From: Somniosus microcephalus
Taxonomy: Eukaryota
NCBI GenBank assembly: GCA_052327205.1
Contig: CM126209.1
Coordinates: 258,292,001-258,356,000, forward strand
Length of the DNA stretch: 64,000 nucleotides
Reading direction: 5' to 3'
Part shown: piece after piece, positions 50,228-63,261 of the stretch
Position numbering within the stretch: position 1 is the first letter of the stretch
Layout of the letters: every line of letters begins with the position of its first letter
Program-made: the position numbers and the translations under genes
Notes under the pieces: generated by a model
Seen by the model: the letters and a program-made list of their open reading frames with translations, nothing else
Database searches by the model: none
What the model was told of the DNA's origin: nothing

Positions 50228-51335
50228 CATAGAAACATAGAAGATAGGAGCAGGAGTAGGCCATTCGGCCCCTCGAGCCTGCTCCGCCATTCAATGAGAT
50301 CATGGCTGATCATCCAAACTCAGTACCCTGTCCCTGCTTTCTCCCCATATCCCTTGATCCCTTTAGCCTTAAGAAATATATCCAACTCCTTCTTGAATAT
50401 ATTTAATGAATTGGCCTCTACTGCCTTCTTTGGCAGAGAATTCCACAGGTTAACCACTTTCTGGGTGAAGAAATTCCTCCTCATCTCTCCTAAATGGCTT
50501 ACCCCTTATCCTTAGACTGTGACCCCTGGTTCTGGGGACATCCTTCCAGCATCTAGTCTGTCTAGTCCTGTTAGAATTTTATAAGTTTCAATGAGATCCC
50601 CTCTCATTCTTCTAAACTCCAGCGAGTATAAGCGCAATTGACCCAATCTCTCCTCATACGTCATTCCTGCCATCCCAGGTATCAGCCTGGTGAATCTTCG
50701 TTGCACTCCTTCCATGGCAAGAACATCCTTCCTCAGATAAGGCGACCAAAACTGCACACAATACTCAAGATGTGGTCTCACCAAGGCCCTGTACAACGAC
50801 ATCCTTGTTTCTGTACTCAAACCCTCGCGCTATGAATGCCAACATACCATTTGCCTTCTTAACTGCCTGCTGCACCTGCATGCTTACTTTCAGCGACTGG
50901 TGCACAAGGATGCCCAGGTCTCGTTGCACTTCCCCTTCTCCCAATCTATTGCCATTAAGATAATAATCTGCCTTCCTGTTTTTGACACCAAAGTGGATAA
51001 CCTCGCATTTATCCACGTTTTATTGCATCTGCCATGCTTTTGCCCAATCACTCAACCTGTCCAATTCATACTGGAGTTTCTTGGCATCCTCCTCACAGCA
51101 CACACGACCACCCAGCTTTGTTTCGTCTGCAAACTTGGAGATATTACATCTAGTTCCCTCGTCCAGATCATTAATATATATTGTGAATAGCTGGGTCCAA
51201 GGCCCGATCCCTGTGGTATCCCACTAGTCACTGCCCGCCACTCGGAAAAAGACCCGTTTATTCCAACTCTTTGCTTTCTGTCTGCCAACCAGTTCTCTAT
51301 CCAAGTCAATACATTGCCCCCAATCCCATGTGCTC
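50228..51335 (-). mobile_element. CR1 LINE 3' fragment
   Basis: WIENWLADRKQRV, KCEVIHFG, LVRPHLEYCVQFW, plus CR1 tail. Confidence 0.92.
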
Positions 51336-52052
51336 TCTGAGAGGAAAGGCTCCTTTCACATTTGGCTGCACGAAAATAGTTATATAGCAGGCCAGCACTT
51401 GTAGGTTGTCATGAGGGGCAGCTGACTCGAGTTATAGTGCCAACTGTTGTCTCAATCTCACCCAATGATTGTCTATCTCTGTACCAGTAACTCCCCTCCA
51501 TTGTTACAGAAATTGTAATATTGGGCAAGAGTTGACTGGAGTATCTCTCTATCTCTCTCTCTCGCTCTTCCCCTTCCCTCTCTCTCCGCTATGGTTAACA
51601 TATTCATAGTGAAGTTGCATAAATTACAGGGAAGTTTTTAAACTTTTCTTATCATCGGTAAGATCACGACCTCACATAACTTACATTAATGCCAAGTACT
51701 TTTAGTTTTGCATGAATGTAAAATATGTGGCACGACTCAGAGGTGAAGACGTAGGATGTGAATTCAGGCAAGTGGTGTGCGACCATGACCTGTTTAGGTG
51801 TAGAAAAAGCTGCACAACAATCAATTGAAAGCAAGCTTCATAAATGTAATTTTACTCCTTTCTATTAAAATGTAATCTTCATTTGAATGCCTGCATACAA
51901 ATAATTGCTTACTCAGAGAAGATTTCTGTTACGATACAGTCGATAGTCTTCATAGCTGGTCACATTGTGTTAAGCATCTATTACCATGATGGCTAAGTTT
52001 GCTAATTGGAAACTTTGGCTACAACACGACCGATGCACATGCACGATGGATT

Positions 52053-52233
52053 TAAGAACATAAGAACATAAGAACTAAGAGCAGGGGTAGGCCATATGGC
52101 CCCTCGAGCCTTCTCTGCCATTCATTGAGATCATGGCTAATCATCGACCTCAACTCCACTTTCCAACCTGATCTCCATACCCCTTGATTTCCCTAGAGTC
52201 CAAAAATCTATCTATCTCAGCCTTGAATATACT
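52053..52233 (-). mobile_element. CR1 3' tail
   Basis: (TAAGAACA)n plus GGCCATATGGCCCCTCGAGCC...GAGATCATGGCT. Confidence 0.8.
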
Positions 52234-52371
52234 CCTTTTATCTGTGTCAGGTGAAAAAGCTCAGAGAAAGTGGTAAGAAAGTGAACATTTTAGCCAGAAT
52301 CCTCATCATGTGCTGTCACCTTGGGAACATGGCAACCTGGTTCTGCGAATGGGGACATTGGGCTGAATTTT

Positions 52372-52469
52372 GCTATAATATGAGAAAATGCTGGAAATAC
52401 TCAGCAGGTCAGGCAGCATCTGTGGAGAGAGAAACAAAGTTAACGTTTCAGGTCGATGACCCTTCGCCA
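52372..52469 (-). mobile_element. Penelope terminal-repeat-like insertion with degenerate hammerhead, at the Harbinger left end
   Basis: Same sequence as the 20207 element. Minus strand reads CTGGCGA-AG-GGTC-ATC-GACC-T-GAAA-CGTT-AACT, flanked by a GAATTTT direct repeat. Confidence 0.7.
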
Positions 52470-52663
52470 GAATTTTACCAGTGCTCAGCGTGCAGGTTTG
52501 GAGGTGGGTCTGCTGTCAAAATTGAAACGATTGACAACGGGTTGGGAACCCGCTCCGAACCCGGCTCAATATAAGTTTCCAAAATGTCAGGTCTACGAAT
52601 TCAGAACAGACACGGCACCAAGCGGTGGGGAGGCATTTAAGATAGCTAAATGCTTGTTAACTA

Positions 52664-53470
52664 CTCCAGCCTATTTCTATTTTACCACTTTTTTAATGAG
52701 GTTCACATCATTCGGAGATCACGTGACCGAGTCAAGATGGCGGCCGTGATGGTCCGGTGCTGAGAGCACTCTCCCTGCTTCGGGCGGCCAGCTCTCGCCG
52801 CTCGCTCCTGCAACCGGAGCGAGGTGCTCAGCGAGTCGGGCAGAGGCAGCGCAGCGCGGTGAGCAGCAGCAGCAGCCACGTCGACCCGCTGGAGCACATC
52901 GGCCGGCAGCTCCTCGGCGGGAAGGAATTCCGACTGGGAGGAGGGGAGCCGAGCATGGCGGCCGGGAGCCGAGCATGGCGGCCAGAGGCCGACCCGTGAG
53001 AGGGAGAAGCAGGCCCTGGGCCGTGGAGCATGGAGCCGGCAACGGTGAGGAGGAGGCCGCGGCGATTGGAGCATTCACATCCCGACAATGTGTTCGGCGA
53101 GTCGGGCGGAGGAGCGCAGCGCAACGAGCAGCAGCAGCAGACTCGACGACACGCTGCAGCACGTCGGCCGGCAGCTCCATGGCGGGTAACTCACAATCCG
53201 GCTGGGAGGAGGGGAGCCGGGCATGGTGGCCAGAGCGGGAGAAGCAGGCCACCACATGTGGAGCCGGCAACAGTGAGGAGGAGTACGCGGTGAAGAGGAG
53301 GACAGAGCGGCTGAGGGACATTGTGCTCCCACTGCCACGGGAAGCCATTGTATTGACTCTGAATGCGGCGCTGTATGTATAGCTGACGCGTCCCTACGGG
53401 GAATAAGCATTCCATTGTACTTGTACTGGTTACATATGGCAAATAAAGCTGAACTGAACTGAACTGAACT
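52664..53470 (+). mobile_element. CpG-rich non-autonomous non-LTR retroelement with internal dimer and (GAACT)n tail
   Basis: Ends CAAATAAAGCT(GAACT)4, possible AACTA TSD, 5' GATCACGTGACC and CAAGATGGCGGC motifs, internal repeat 52830-53055 / 53097-53283. Confidence 0.6.
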
Positions 53471-56400
53471 AAGTAGGTTGAGTTCTCTGTCTCCCCATTG
53501 CTGTGAATAGGTGGCAGCTGCAAAAGTAGTATGAAATCTCCCATTTCACAGGTGTTCTCTTTCCAATGTCAGGAACTTGAGACTTCAGAACTTGGAAGAC
53601 ACTTTTGAGCTGTGTGCAGTTTGGAAGTGTTGGAGTAAACTCTCTATCCACTTTCACCTCCTTGGAGCGAGCTCTCTCACCATTGACAGATCGCTTCTGT
53701 CATCTCAACTTCAGCTGTCATCTATTCCAGCAACATTGGTGCCCCTGAAAAAACCTCACCATGCTCCTATAAATCCCTCCACGATCAGCCCCAACAGCAA
53801 CATCACCAGGCACACCAACATCACCAACAACAACATCAACCTTCTTCACAATCAACTGATGCTGCACAGGACACAGGCCATCAGCAACCGACCATATTGC
53901 TGCCCGGGAGGCCAGCGATGGCATCGCCATGGACAGATTCACTTCACTTGACACTGCACACCCTGGCTGCCACATGATGCATCAGGTTGACACCACCCCA
54001 CACCAGCACCATAAAGCATCCTAAAATGTCCAAGCCATTCCTTTAACATTCTTCACATTTGTGGGGGGGGGGGGGGGGCGTTCTGTCTCAACATTCACTG
54101 GAATGCACAAAGACATTTCCAAAGATGAGCAGAGATCTGTCCAATGAGGCAAAGTGTTGAAAATGAAGATTTCAATGTTTGCCAACACATAAGGAGAAAA
54201 GTTACATGAACATTGCATAAGACACTCAAGTGCCTACCCTTGTGTGTTGTTAGTTGGCACGATTGGATTAGGATGAGGGTGATTGTGAGGGGTAGTGAGA
54301 TGGGGATATGATAATATGGATAGAGAGGGATGGGTGGAGGTGCAAGGTAAGTTGGTGTGAGTAAGGATGTGAAGGAGTAGGATAGGGAAGGTAGAGTTAT
54401 GGGGATGTGACGAGTGGCACAGCAGGATGAGGTTGAGTGTGGTTTTGCAGAAACGTTTTGTGATCTACTGAGAACAATGAAAGGTTTGTGCCACTGCAGT
54501 CAGGTACTCCTGCTTTTGCCCTCCTGTGCAATGTGCAACCAGGCTGTGTTGATGTCCTGGGGAGGTCTCTTCTGCCCTTGGGAAGGAAAGAGACTCTCCC
54601 TGCGTGCTGTGACTCCCTCCATAAGCATATGGAGGTAGTCAAGCTAGAGCCTGGGTGCAGCCGTCCACCTTTGTGCAGTGCGTGTCAGTGTTTGCAGCAC
54701 CTCAATGCTGCAGGACACTGACAGAACAACTATCAAAGTGAATATGGCCATGGTCCCTTTAAGGAGACCGGCTGATGACGCGTCATCAAGTGACGCCATC
54801 AGATCCGCTTCCTTTTATTTGACCGGGAACCTCGCCGGGCGGGCTTTTCCAAGCCCAATCAGGGGAAATCCTTTTCACAGAACGGCTGGAGCCGGGAGCG
54901 GGTCCGGGACCCGCCAACGAACTCCACCGCCGTGATCGCTCCTCCGAAGGCGAAATCGCGGCCATTGTTGCTATTACTGTTGACCCATACTCAGGTAATG
55001 GATGCACGATCATTGGAACATTATCGTTCTGCTCAAGGATAATTATAATCCACCGAAACATTGCTTGACAGAGGTGGCATCCCAGAATCTGGTGCTTGAG
55101 CATGGATCCCAAAGTTTCTGAGTTGCTCGTAGTCAAATGATCGCTGAGAAAATGTGATTCAGTTATCTGAATTAATATCGACGTGTATGGAGACTAACCT
55201 CCCCTGGTCTGGAATCTCCAAGACCGGGCAGGATTGTCGAGCATCCTGGTTTAAATGTGGATCAGAAGCTGTCACTGAGAAGGCAGAAGTCCTGATAGGG
55301 TTATTCTTTATCACGTAAGGTACTCATAAAGGCTGTGCAAAACGTAGAGGGTTGTCATTTATGTCCGAATTCTTCACCAGGATTGTTTACATTGATGTAC
55401 GAGGAGGGGTTTCCAAATCGTCACAACTGAATACTTAATGAAATTATTGCGATCTAACATGCGCTGGGCAAGCAAACCATTCTAGGTCTTTAAAGAAGAA
55501 TCTAATTTAAAGGAAGATTGTTTGTGATTTTATATTTCACTTGTCCATTTTCTCCCGAATCCTTTTCTGCTGCATTGACCAGAGACACCGGGGTCCCAGG
55601 GTGGACGTCTTCACGAATTGAACTGGGTAAAGAAGTCAAAGTCACGTCAGATGCGTTACCATTCACCTCGTGAATATTCATGAGCACTTCACAGTGCATC
55701 GGTGTAGACTGAGAACCCTTATCGTTGATCACAGAACCACTATTTTCTTCATCGTCCAAATCATCTTTAATTCCGATTTCGCCTGCTTTGCCATGTACAG
55801 ATTTGGCTCACGAACTCCATCAGATGTATTACTGCTGAAATATTACACTATCTCTCCACTGGAACACGCGCCCAAGTCAGTAGCGTTTAATTTGATTACC
55901 AGAGATCCTTAGGGTGAGCCTTCCAACGGGATGATCTTATAAAGTGACTGGGGAAAGATAGGCGCCTTGTCATCCTGCAGTAGGATTGATAACTAAACAG
56001 TTCCAGATCTTTTAGGGAATCTACTATCTTTGTCAGAAAGGGCTAACTTGTGGGTTGATTGTTTTTCACTGTCCAATGACTCTTTTCTAGCATCAATACA
56101 GGCAACTTTCTATCGGCACTCCGGGTTTCACCGTAGAATGAAATAATCGTTCAGAAGGCACCAGCAGATTTGGAGGGAGTTGCTTCCAACGTGCGGAACT
56201 TGGGAGCTTGCAAGCGCGAAGCGTGGCCTTGGTGGAACATTCTCTGAGACGGAACAGGTAAGTGTTTGGAAAACTCAGAGAATTGGCATTTACTTCCAGA
56301 ACCTGCACATTAATTTGGTCGAGGCTGAGGGGTTGTTCATTCACACCCTTTTAGCAAAATATCCAAGTGATACTCTGTTCACAAAGCCAAATATTTCCCA

Positions 56401-56834
56401 TCATAAGCAACATCCCATTGATGAAATTTACATTCAAATTTTGTTTTCTCCAACCAGACACAATCCGAAACCGCGAGCTGTCTTACATCTAAACCCAAAT
56501 TGACCCCAGCATTCCTAACAAAGCCACCCAGTTGTTTTCAGTAATCTAGTAGCGAATGTGTCCACAAACTAGGTACCAGCAAAGGAGCATAAACCATAGC
56601 AGTTGCCTATTTAGCACTGCATTTATTTTAAAATATTTACACTTCCATCAATAACCTCGCAAATGATTCAGTGTGGGAAACACCGTTCAACATTTTCTTT
56701 GAATGTCATGTCAGAATTCTTTTCAGCAGAGTTACGTTGCTTAAAATACCTAAACCTTTTGAATGCCCAAACAATTTTCCGAGCATTTTCCGCAAAGCGA
56801 AATTCGATTCATGCACAAAACCTAATGTAACGTT

Positions 56835-57030
56835 ATGCAGCTCTCCATTTAGTTTTCCAGTGTATTTGGTGCGTAATGCCAAAAGCAGGCTGTCAGAATC
56901 TCCAGTCACATTTCAGCTTCTCATTGATGAAAGGAAGAACGCTCAGATTTAACCAATGACAATGCTCAGTATCTCTTAAAGCTAGAGCGTCTTTGCAACA
57001 CTTTGTCCACATTTATCGTGGTGCAATTAC
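56835..57030 (-). promoter_or_regulatory. Decayed Pcdh promoter module of V8
   Basis: CCAGTCAC, CAGCTTCTCATTGA (56923), AACCAATG (56953), CTCTTAAAGC, ACATTTATCGTGGTGCAATT. Confidence 0.65.
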
Positions 57031-57534
57031 ATTTTCAAGCAACCTTTTCTTTTCTTAACTTCACTATGAAACAACGCACTGCAGACCTATTAGAAATGTA
57101 TGTCTTAGTGAGTTCTACATTTATCCGTCATTTGATGATTCAGTTATTCCAACCCAATTCGTTTAGTCAGTGTTCTGCTGAATACATCTAAAAGCACTTT
57201 AATATTACACTTGGTTTCATTGTTGTTCTGCGATAGTGAACGGTTGGGACTCTGCCTGTTGTTGCTGATACCAATATTAGGGAATTGATGGGGCCATGGA
57301 TTAACACATTGCCTTTTAGAACAAAGATGCTAATCCAACAGAAATTGTCGGATGAATGTATTTTCTGTCCGGATGTAAGAGTTACATGTGAAATGAGTTT
57401 GGGCAGAATAAGCACAGTTACCAGTGGGCATTGTAATGCCACTGCACAATGCTGCCTCTAATGTGGCACTCATTTGACAAGCTCAATCAGAGGGACCAAG
57501 GCTAGTGTGTTTATGTGAAATGTCACACGTCACA

Positions 57535-58533
57535 ATTCTTCCCTATAACCCTTGATACTACTACTGAGCTTCTCAATGTGAAACTCAAATGCTTTGAAGA
57601 TGATGTTGAGGCATATATACAAAGAAAGAAGGCGGGCATCACTGGACATTTAAACTGTGCTATATTTGACCTGGGGGTGCTTTTCAATGGAAGTAGCTCG
57701 AAATGGAAAACAGATCCATTCTCCAATGCTAACATCACTCTGCTCCCAGCACAAAAAATCACTAATAAAGTTCAAATGAAATAGTAATATTTGTATTTCT
57801 TCCAGAATTCAGTATAAATCATTAGGAGAAATATGTGTTACAGCAGCAAATATGAATGTAGTACTGCACTATACACCGAGTAGAATCAGCAATGGAATAA
57901 CACTTGCAAATCCATCCTTACATATGCTTTTGCTGCAGTTGTGCTTTCACCTACAAAAAAATATTGTCTTACAAGTGCCGAACATTTTACACGTAGTAAG
58001 GTAGCGAAAGGTAGCTAGTTCATGTGAGGGCACGTTCTTATGTTGCAGATAAGCCACTTAATGATTTAGAAATAATTAATTGTAAATTAGTACGAACACA
58101 TTCGTCGGGAAAACACTATATTCAACCCAAAAAGCCTGCTGTATGAGAGGTGATCCTTCTCTTTCTACCGGCCTCAAATCTAGCTTACTCTCTCTATGTT
58201 CATCACAACTTATCAATAACATAACCCACACGACTGTGCTTACTTTAGTGTGCTGAAATTTATGTCCTTCCCCTAAACTTCAAGTATATATCTACCTGCT
58301 CGTTCTTCTCCCCGAATTTAGGCCAAGTGCACCATCTCCTATTCCACCTTATTCTCACGCAGGACTTAAAAAGTGTGGCATGTCTTGATTCTTTCAGTCT
58401 CTTTCGTATTGCAATCTGCTAAACCCTAATGTTGGCGTCTTCTAGCCACTATTTGACTTAACTCATATTTTAACCTATTCTTCCCTATAACCCTTGACAC
58501 TACAACTGAACTTCTCAATGTGAAACTCAAATG
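57535..58533 (+). repeat. Dispersed 57-bp direct repeat (57535-57591 and 58477-58533)
   Basis: ATTCTTCCCTATAACCCTTGAyACTACwACTGArCTTCTCAATGTGAAACTCAAATG occurs twice, with 3 mismatches. Confidence 0.85.
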
Positions 58534-58720
58534 ATGTCATTTTTAGGGAAAAATATTAGGGACAGATATAGCAAAATAAGTTCAGATGTGCAACTTTTAA
58601 TTATATCTGCCATTTCTCTGCCATCAATTAGACAAAGATGGAAACTAATGCTACAATACTTCAGCGGTTGCCTGTATATTCAAATCAAACTCAAAAGTGT
58701 TTTTTTTAGAAGGGTCTCAC

Positions 58721-61177
58721 CTCACTGTTTACAGTGTTCTTGCAGTTTAAATTCCGGACAATTTCTTCATTCCCACTCGTGACGTTCTTTTTGCGTGTAG
58801 ATGACCTGTACATGTTAGGAAACATGGCGTCTCTCTTGGCCGTACCTGAAGTCGAACACGTGTCATAGCGGAAGCTTTGTGAAAGTGGATCGCCTCCAAA
58901 CACTTCGACATAGTTCGGAACTATTTCAAGATTTCTGCTGGCTTTTTGAATTCCATTCAACGAATTTCGTGCTTCAAAGCAACAACACGTGTCCGGGTAA
59001 CCATTATGGGCACCAAACCGGTTTCTGTTTTTATGAACCTTAATTGCGAGGATAATTAAAATTACGAGAAAAATAGATGAGGTGATGCCCAACGATATGA
59101 CTAAGAAAAGGCTGATGTCACCAAAGGACCCAGGATCCTCAGACAGACTGCTCACGTCAGAAAGCATTTCCGTATCACCGTCTGTCAGTGATAAGATGAT
59201 TGTCAATGAAGCTGAAAGCGGCGGTGAACCATTGTCTTTTGCACCGATGACCAACCTTTGCTTTGTGCCATCTTTGCTCATAATGCCACGGATTGTCCAG
59301 ATTTCGCCTGTATCCGGCGAAATGGTAAAAAGTCCAGGGTCAGTCGTCTGGAGAATCTGGTAAGAGAGGCGAGCATTCTGGCCAGAGTCGGCATCAGTGG
59401 CCGACACCTTGGCAACTAGATAGCCAGGTTCTGCGAATCGAGATACTGTCTCTGTTACTGTAGATCCAGACTCGGGTAATGGATGCACGATCACAGGAGC
59501 ATTGTCATTCTGATCAAGGATAATTACCTCCACTGAGGCGTTGCTGGAGAGTGCTGGGACTCCAGAGTCCGTAACCTGAACTTGGATCTGAAAATTTTTG
59601 AGACTCTCGTAGTCAAAAGATCTTTGAGAAAATATGACTCCCTTTTCTGTTTGGATGTAGACGTAATTGAAAACAGACTCACCCTGAACCTGAGTCGCCC
59701 TGATGGAATAGTTCAGCCGAGAGTTCTGGTTTAAATCTGGATCAAAAGCAGTCACTGAAAAGATAGACGCTCCAATAACATTGTTCTCCATCACGTAAGC
59801 TGTATATAAAGGCTGTGCAAAGCGTGGCTCGTTATCATTTATATCCGAAACCTCCACCAGGATGACTTTGTTGGATGTGAGGGGAGGAGACCCTGAATCA
59901 CTGCACTGTACAGTGACTTCGTAGCTCGAGGTATTTTCACGATCAAGTACCTGTTTTGTGCGCAATGTTAAATATTTCTTGGAGGATGAATCCAGTTGAA
60001 AAGGAAGATTATCTGTTACTTGACATTCTACCCGCCCATTTTCTGCTGAATCTTTGTCTGTTGCAATGATTAGAGCTACAACTGTCCCGGGCACCGAGTC
60101 TTCAGGAACTGGACTGAACAGTGTAGAGACAGTCACCTCAGGGGCGTTATCATTTATATCCACAATCTCAACCAATACATGACAATAAGCGGGAATTGCG
60201 TGAGGTCCCCTGTCCATTGCTTGCACATTGATCTCAACAACACTGTTGTCTTCATAGTTTAAATTTCCGTTGACTCTGATTTCACCAGTTTTGGAATCCA
60301 GTCCAAACAGCTCACGGATTCTAATAGCGGAATGGCGACTAAAAGAGTAAACTATCTCCCCATTGGAACCATCATCCAAATCAGTGGCATTTACTTTGAT
60401 CACCAATGTTCCTTTGGGTGTATTTTCCAACAGACTAACCCTATAAACTGACTGGGTAAACAGAGGCGTGTTGTCGTTCAGATCTTGCACACTGATTAAT
60501 ATTTGTGCAGTTCCGGAACGCTCAGGGACCCCGCCGTCTTTGGCAATCAGCACTAACCTGTGACTAGATGTCTTTTCTCTATCCAGTGGCCTTTCCAAAA
60601 CTAACACTGGCTCATCTTCATTCCCATTTCGTTTTTCAATGTTTAAAGCGAAGTATTCGCTGGCAACTAACTCGTACGATTGCAGGGAGTTGATTCCTAC
60701 GTCTGGGTCTTGAGCGCATTCAAGGGGATATCGCGTTCCCGGTGCGGCCAGCTCGGAGATTTCAAGGCGGAACTGGCTTTTTGGAAAAGTCGGAGCATTA
60801 TCGTTTATATCCAGAATATTCACTTCAACATCGTACAAACTGAAAGGATTTTCGATCACTGTTTCTAAAGATAACACACACGTCTCGCTCGGCCCACAGA
60901 GCTGTTCTCTGTCAATAGTTTCCTTTACAAATAAATTACCATTGTTCAAATTTATGTCGAAATACTGCTTCGTGTGACCAGGCACAATCCGAAAACTGCG
61001 AGCTTTGAGCTCCTTCAGGACTAAACCCAAATCGTCTGCGATATTCCCAACAAAGGCGCCCAGTTGCAGTTCTTCAGGAATTGAGTAACGAATCTGTGCA
61101 GAAATTAGATCCCAGAAGGAGCATACACAGCACAACAGTGACCATTTTAAGTGCCAGTGTCGTTTATAATATCTCAT
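58721..61177 (-). CDS. Clustered protocadherin variable exon V9 (divergent paralog)
   Basis: ATG at 61177, six EC repeats, TM, cytoplasmic motif, donor GAG|GTGAGA at 58721. Confidence 0.95.
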
Positions 61178-61384
61178 TTCCAGCACAAAGCATCCCAATT
61201 GTTTCAGCCCGACAGCTTGCTTCGATAATTCCTTCGAATTAATTTACTTATTTTTCCCCGAGTGAAAGTAGCGGATTAGTAAAAATACCTGTGGGTTTAC
61301 AAATCTGGAGATTGCTTCTGTGCCGATCTTCTTATTTCAGCGAAAAATCACCATTGGGTTTGAATGCAAAGCCGCTCACAATGC

Positions 61385-61602
61385 TCACGGCCCGATGTTC
61401 AACACTGAACTGTGGCTGAACGTGCGCAATGGTGGATGGGAAGGGAAGGGGGCAGGCAGGATCTCCAGTCACATTGCAGCTTCTGATTGGTGGATGGAAC
61501 ATAATCACATAGATCCAATCAGGCTTTCGAGCATTTCTTAAAGCTGGAATGTCTCAGAAAATCTCTGCGTCGGTTTCACATTTATGGTTGTTCAATCAAA
61601 AA
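61385..61602 (-). promoter_or_regulatory. Conserved Pcdh promoter module, V9
   Basis: GGGGGCAGG, CCAGTCAC, ATTGG 61486, CCAAT 61515, TTCTTAAAG, ACATTTATGGTTGTTCAAT. Confidence 0.75.
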
Positions 61603-61825
61603 TGCAACTAAAGTGTTTATAAAACGTTTTGTGAATTACATTTCGCTGCTAATACATCGTTTAACATTAGTATATAGCCTATATAATTTGGTTAGGTTAG
61701 CAGAAAATCCTTAAATACACTTTTAGTGTATCATAGCTGAGGAGTTGTTAAAACCTTAAATGTGGCAGTAAATTCAAATACATCAAATCCAATTTAATCT
61801 TGCTGTTGGCAGCTACACTCCACTT

Positions 61826-63095
61826 CATAGAATAGAATTACAGAATGGTTACAGCACCGAAGAAGGCCATTCGCCCCGTCGAGCCCGTGCCGGCTCTCAA
61901 CAAGTGCACTTCAGCTAGTCCCACTCCTCTGCCCTTTCCCCACAGCCCTGCCAATTATTTTCCTTCAGGTACTTATCCAACACCCTTTTGAAAGCCGTGA
62001 TTGAGTCTGCCTCCACCATCCTTTCAGGCATTGCATTCCAGATCCTAACAACTCGCTGAGTGCAGAAGGTTTTCCTCATGTCGCCTTTGTTTCTTCTGCC
62101 AATCACCTTAAATCTGTGTCCTCTGGTTCTCGACCCTTCTACCAATGGGAACGGTTTCTCTCTATCTACTCTGTCCAGACCCCTCATGATTTTGAACACC
62201 TCTATCAAATCTCCTCTCAATCTTCTCTGCTCCAGGGAGAAAAACCCCAGCTTCTCCAGTCTATCCACGTAACTGAAGTCCCTCATCCCTGGAACCATTC
62301 TGATAAATCATTTCTGTACTCTCTGTAAGGCCTTCACATCCTTCCTAAAGTGCATTGCCCAGAATTGGACACGATACTCCAGTTCAGGCCAAACCAGTGT
62401 TTTTACAGGTTTGTCATAATTTCCACGCTTTTGTAATCTATCCCTCTATTCATGAAGCCCAGGATCCCGTAAGCCTCTTTAACTACTTTCTGAACCTGCC
62501 CTGCGAACTTCGACGATTTGTGCACACATACCCCTCGGTCTCTCTGTTCAGGCACAACCTTTAGGATTGCACCCTTTAGTTTATATTTCCTCTCCTCATT
62601 CTTTCTACCAAAATGTATAACTTCACACTTTTCTGCATTAAGTTTCATCTGCCACTTGTCTGCCTATTCCATTAGCCTGCCCATGTCCTCTTGAAGTCCT
62701 ACACTACCCTCATCGCTTTTCACTATACTTCCTAGTTTTGTGTCATCTGCAAATTTTGAAAGTGGGCCCTGTACACCCACATCGAAGTCATTAATATATA
62801 TCAAGAAAAACAGTGGTCCTACAGCTTCGCACTTTTCCCCATTAAATTTCATCTGCCACGTGTCCAACCATTCCACCAGCCTTTCTATGTCATCTTGAAG
62901 TCTATCACTATCCTCATCATTTTTCACTATACTTCCTAGTTTTGTTTCATCTACAAATGTTGAAATTGTGCCCTGTACACCCACATCCTAGTCATTAATA
63001 TATATCAAGAAAAGCAGTGGTCCTAGAACCGACCCCGGGGGAACACCACTGTGTACCTTCCTCCAGTCCACAAAACAGCTGTTCCCCACTAACCA
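61826..63095 (-). mobile_element. CR1 LINE 3' fragment with internal ~203-bp tandem duplication
   Basis: RT C-terminal peptides and CR1 tail. 62619-62821 is repeated at 62822-63024. Confidence 0.9.
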
Positions 63096-63261
63096 CAGTA
63101 ATCGAAGTTTTAACGCTGACTTATTGGAACTGATATTAATATTTCTGAAGAAACGAAACTTTTTAGAAACGTTATTTTCGTGAAGGTATTTTACCAAATA
63201 CTAATAATGAGGTGGAACGGCACTGGTAATTACTGGTACAACTAGTGTACAGCATCATAAC

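Larger units (their letters stand above)
52360..54963. mobile_element. Internally deleted PIF/Harbinger transposon (transposase remnant on +, Myb/SANT remnant on -) with nested insertions
   Basis: ATT TSD at 52357-59 and 54964-66 restores the Pcdh sequence. Imperfect TIRs GGGCTGAATTTT / GAAATCGCGGCC. AAREASDGIAMDRF near 53899 resembles a HARBI1-type C-terminus. 54360-54800 is homologous to 761-1220. Confidence 0.75.
52235..56640 (-). pseudogene. Heavily decayed protocadherin pseudo-exon V8, 3'-truncated in EC6 and split by a Harbinger element
   Basis: Residual peptides IIILEQNDNVPMIVHPLPEYGST, SSIREDVHPGTPVSLVNAAEKDSGENGQV and QVLEVNANSLSFP, with many indels. Sequence at 52335-52359 continues directly into 54967. 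Confidence 0.88.

Noticed and set aside
52703-53410. Overlapping 100-200 aa ORFs on both strands
   Set aside because: They are low-complexity products of very high GC content in a repeat element.
3956-61177. Assigning subcluster names or gene symbols (alpha, gamma, mu, nu)
   Set aside because: The constant exons are outside the window and no phylogeny could be run.
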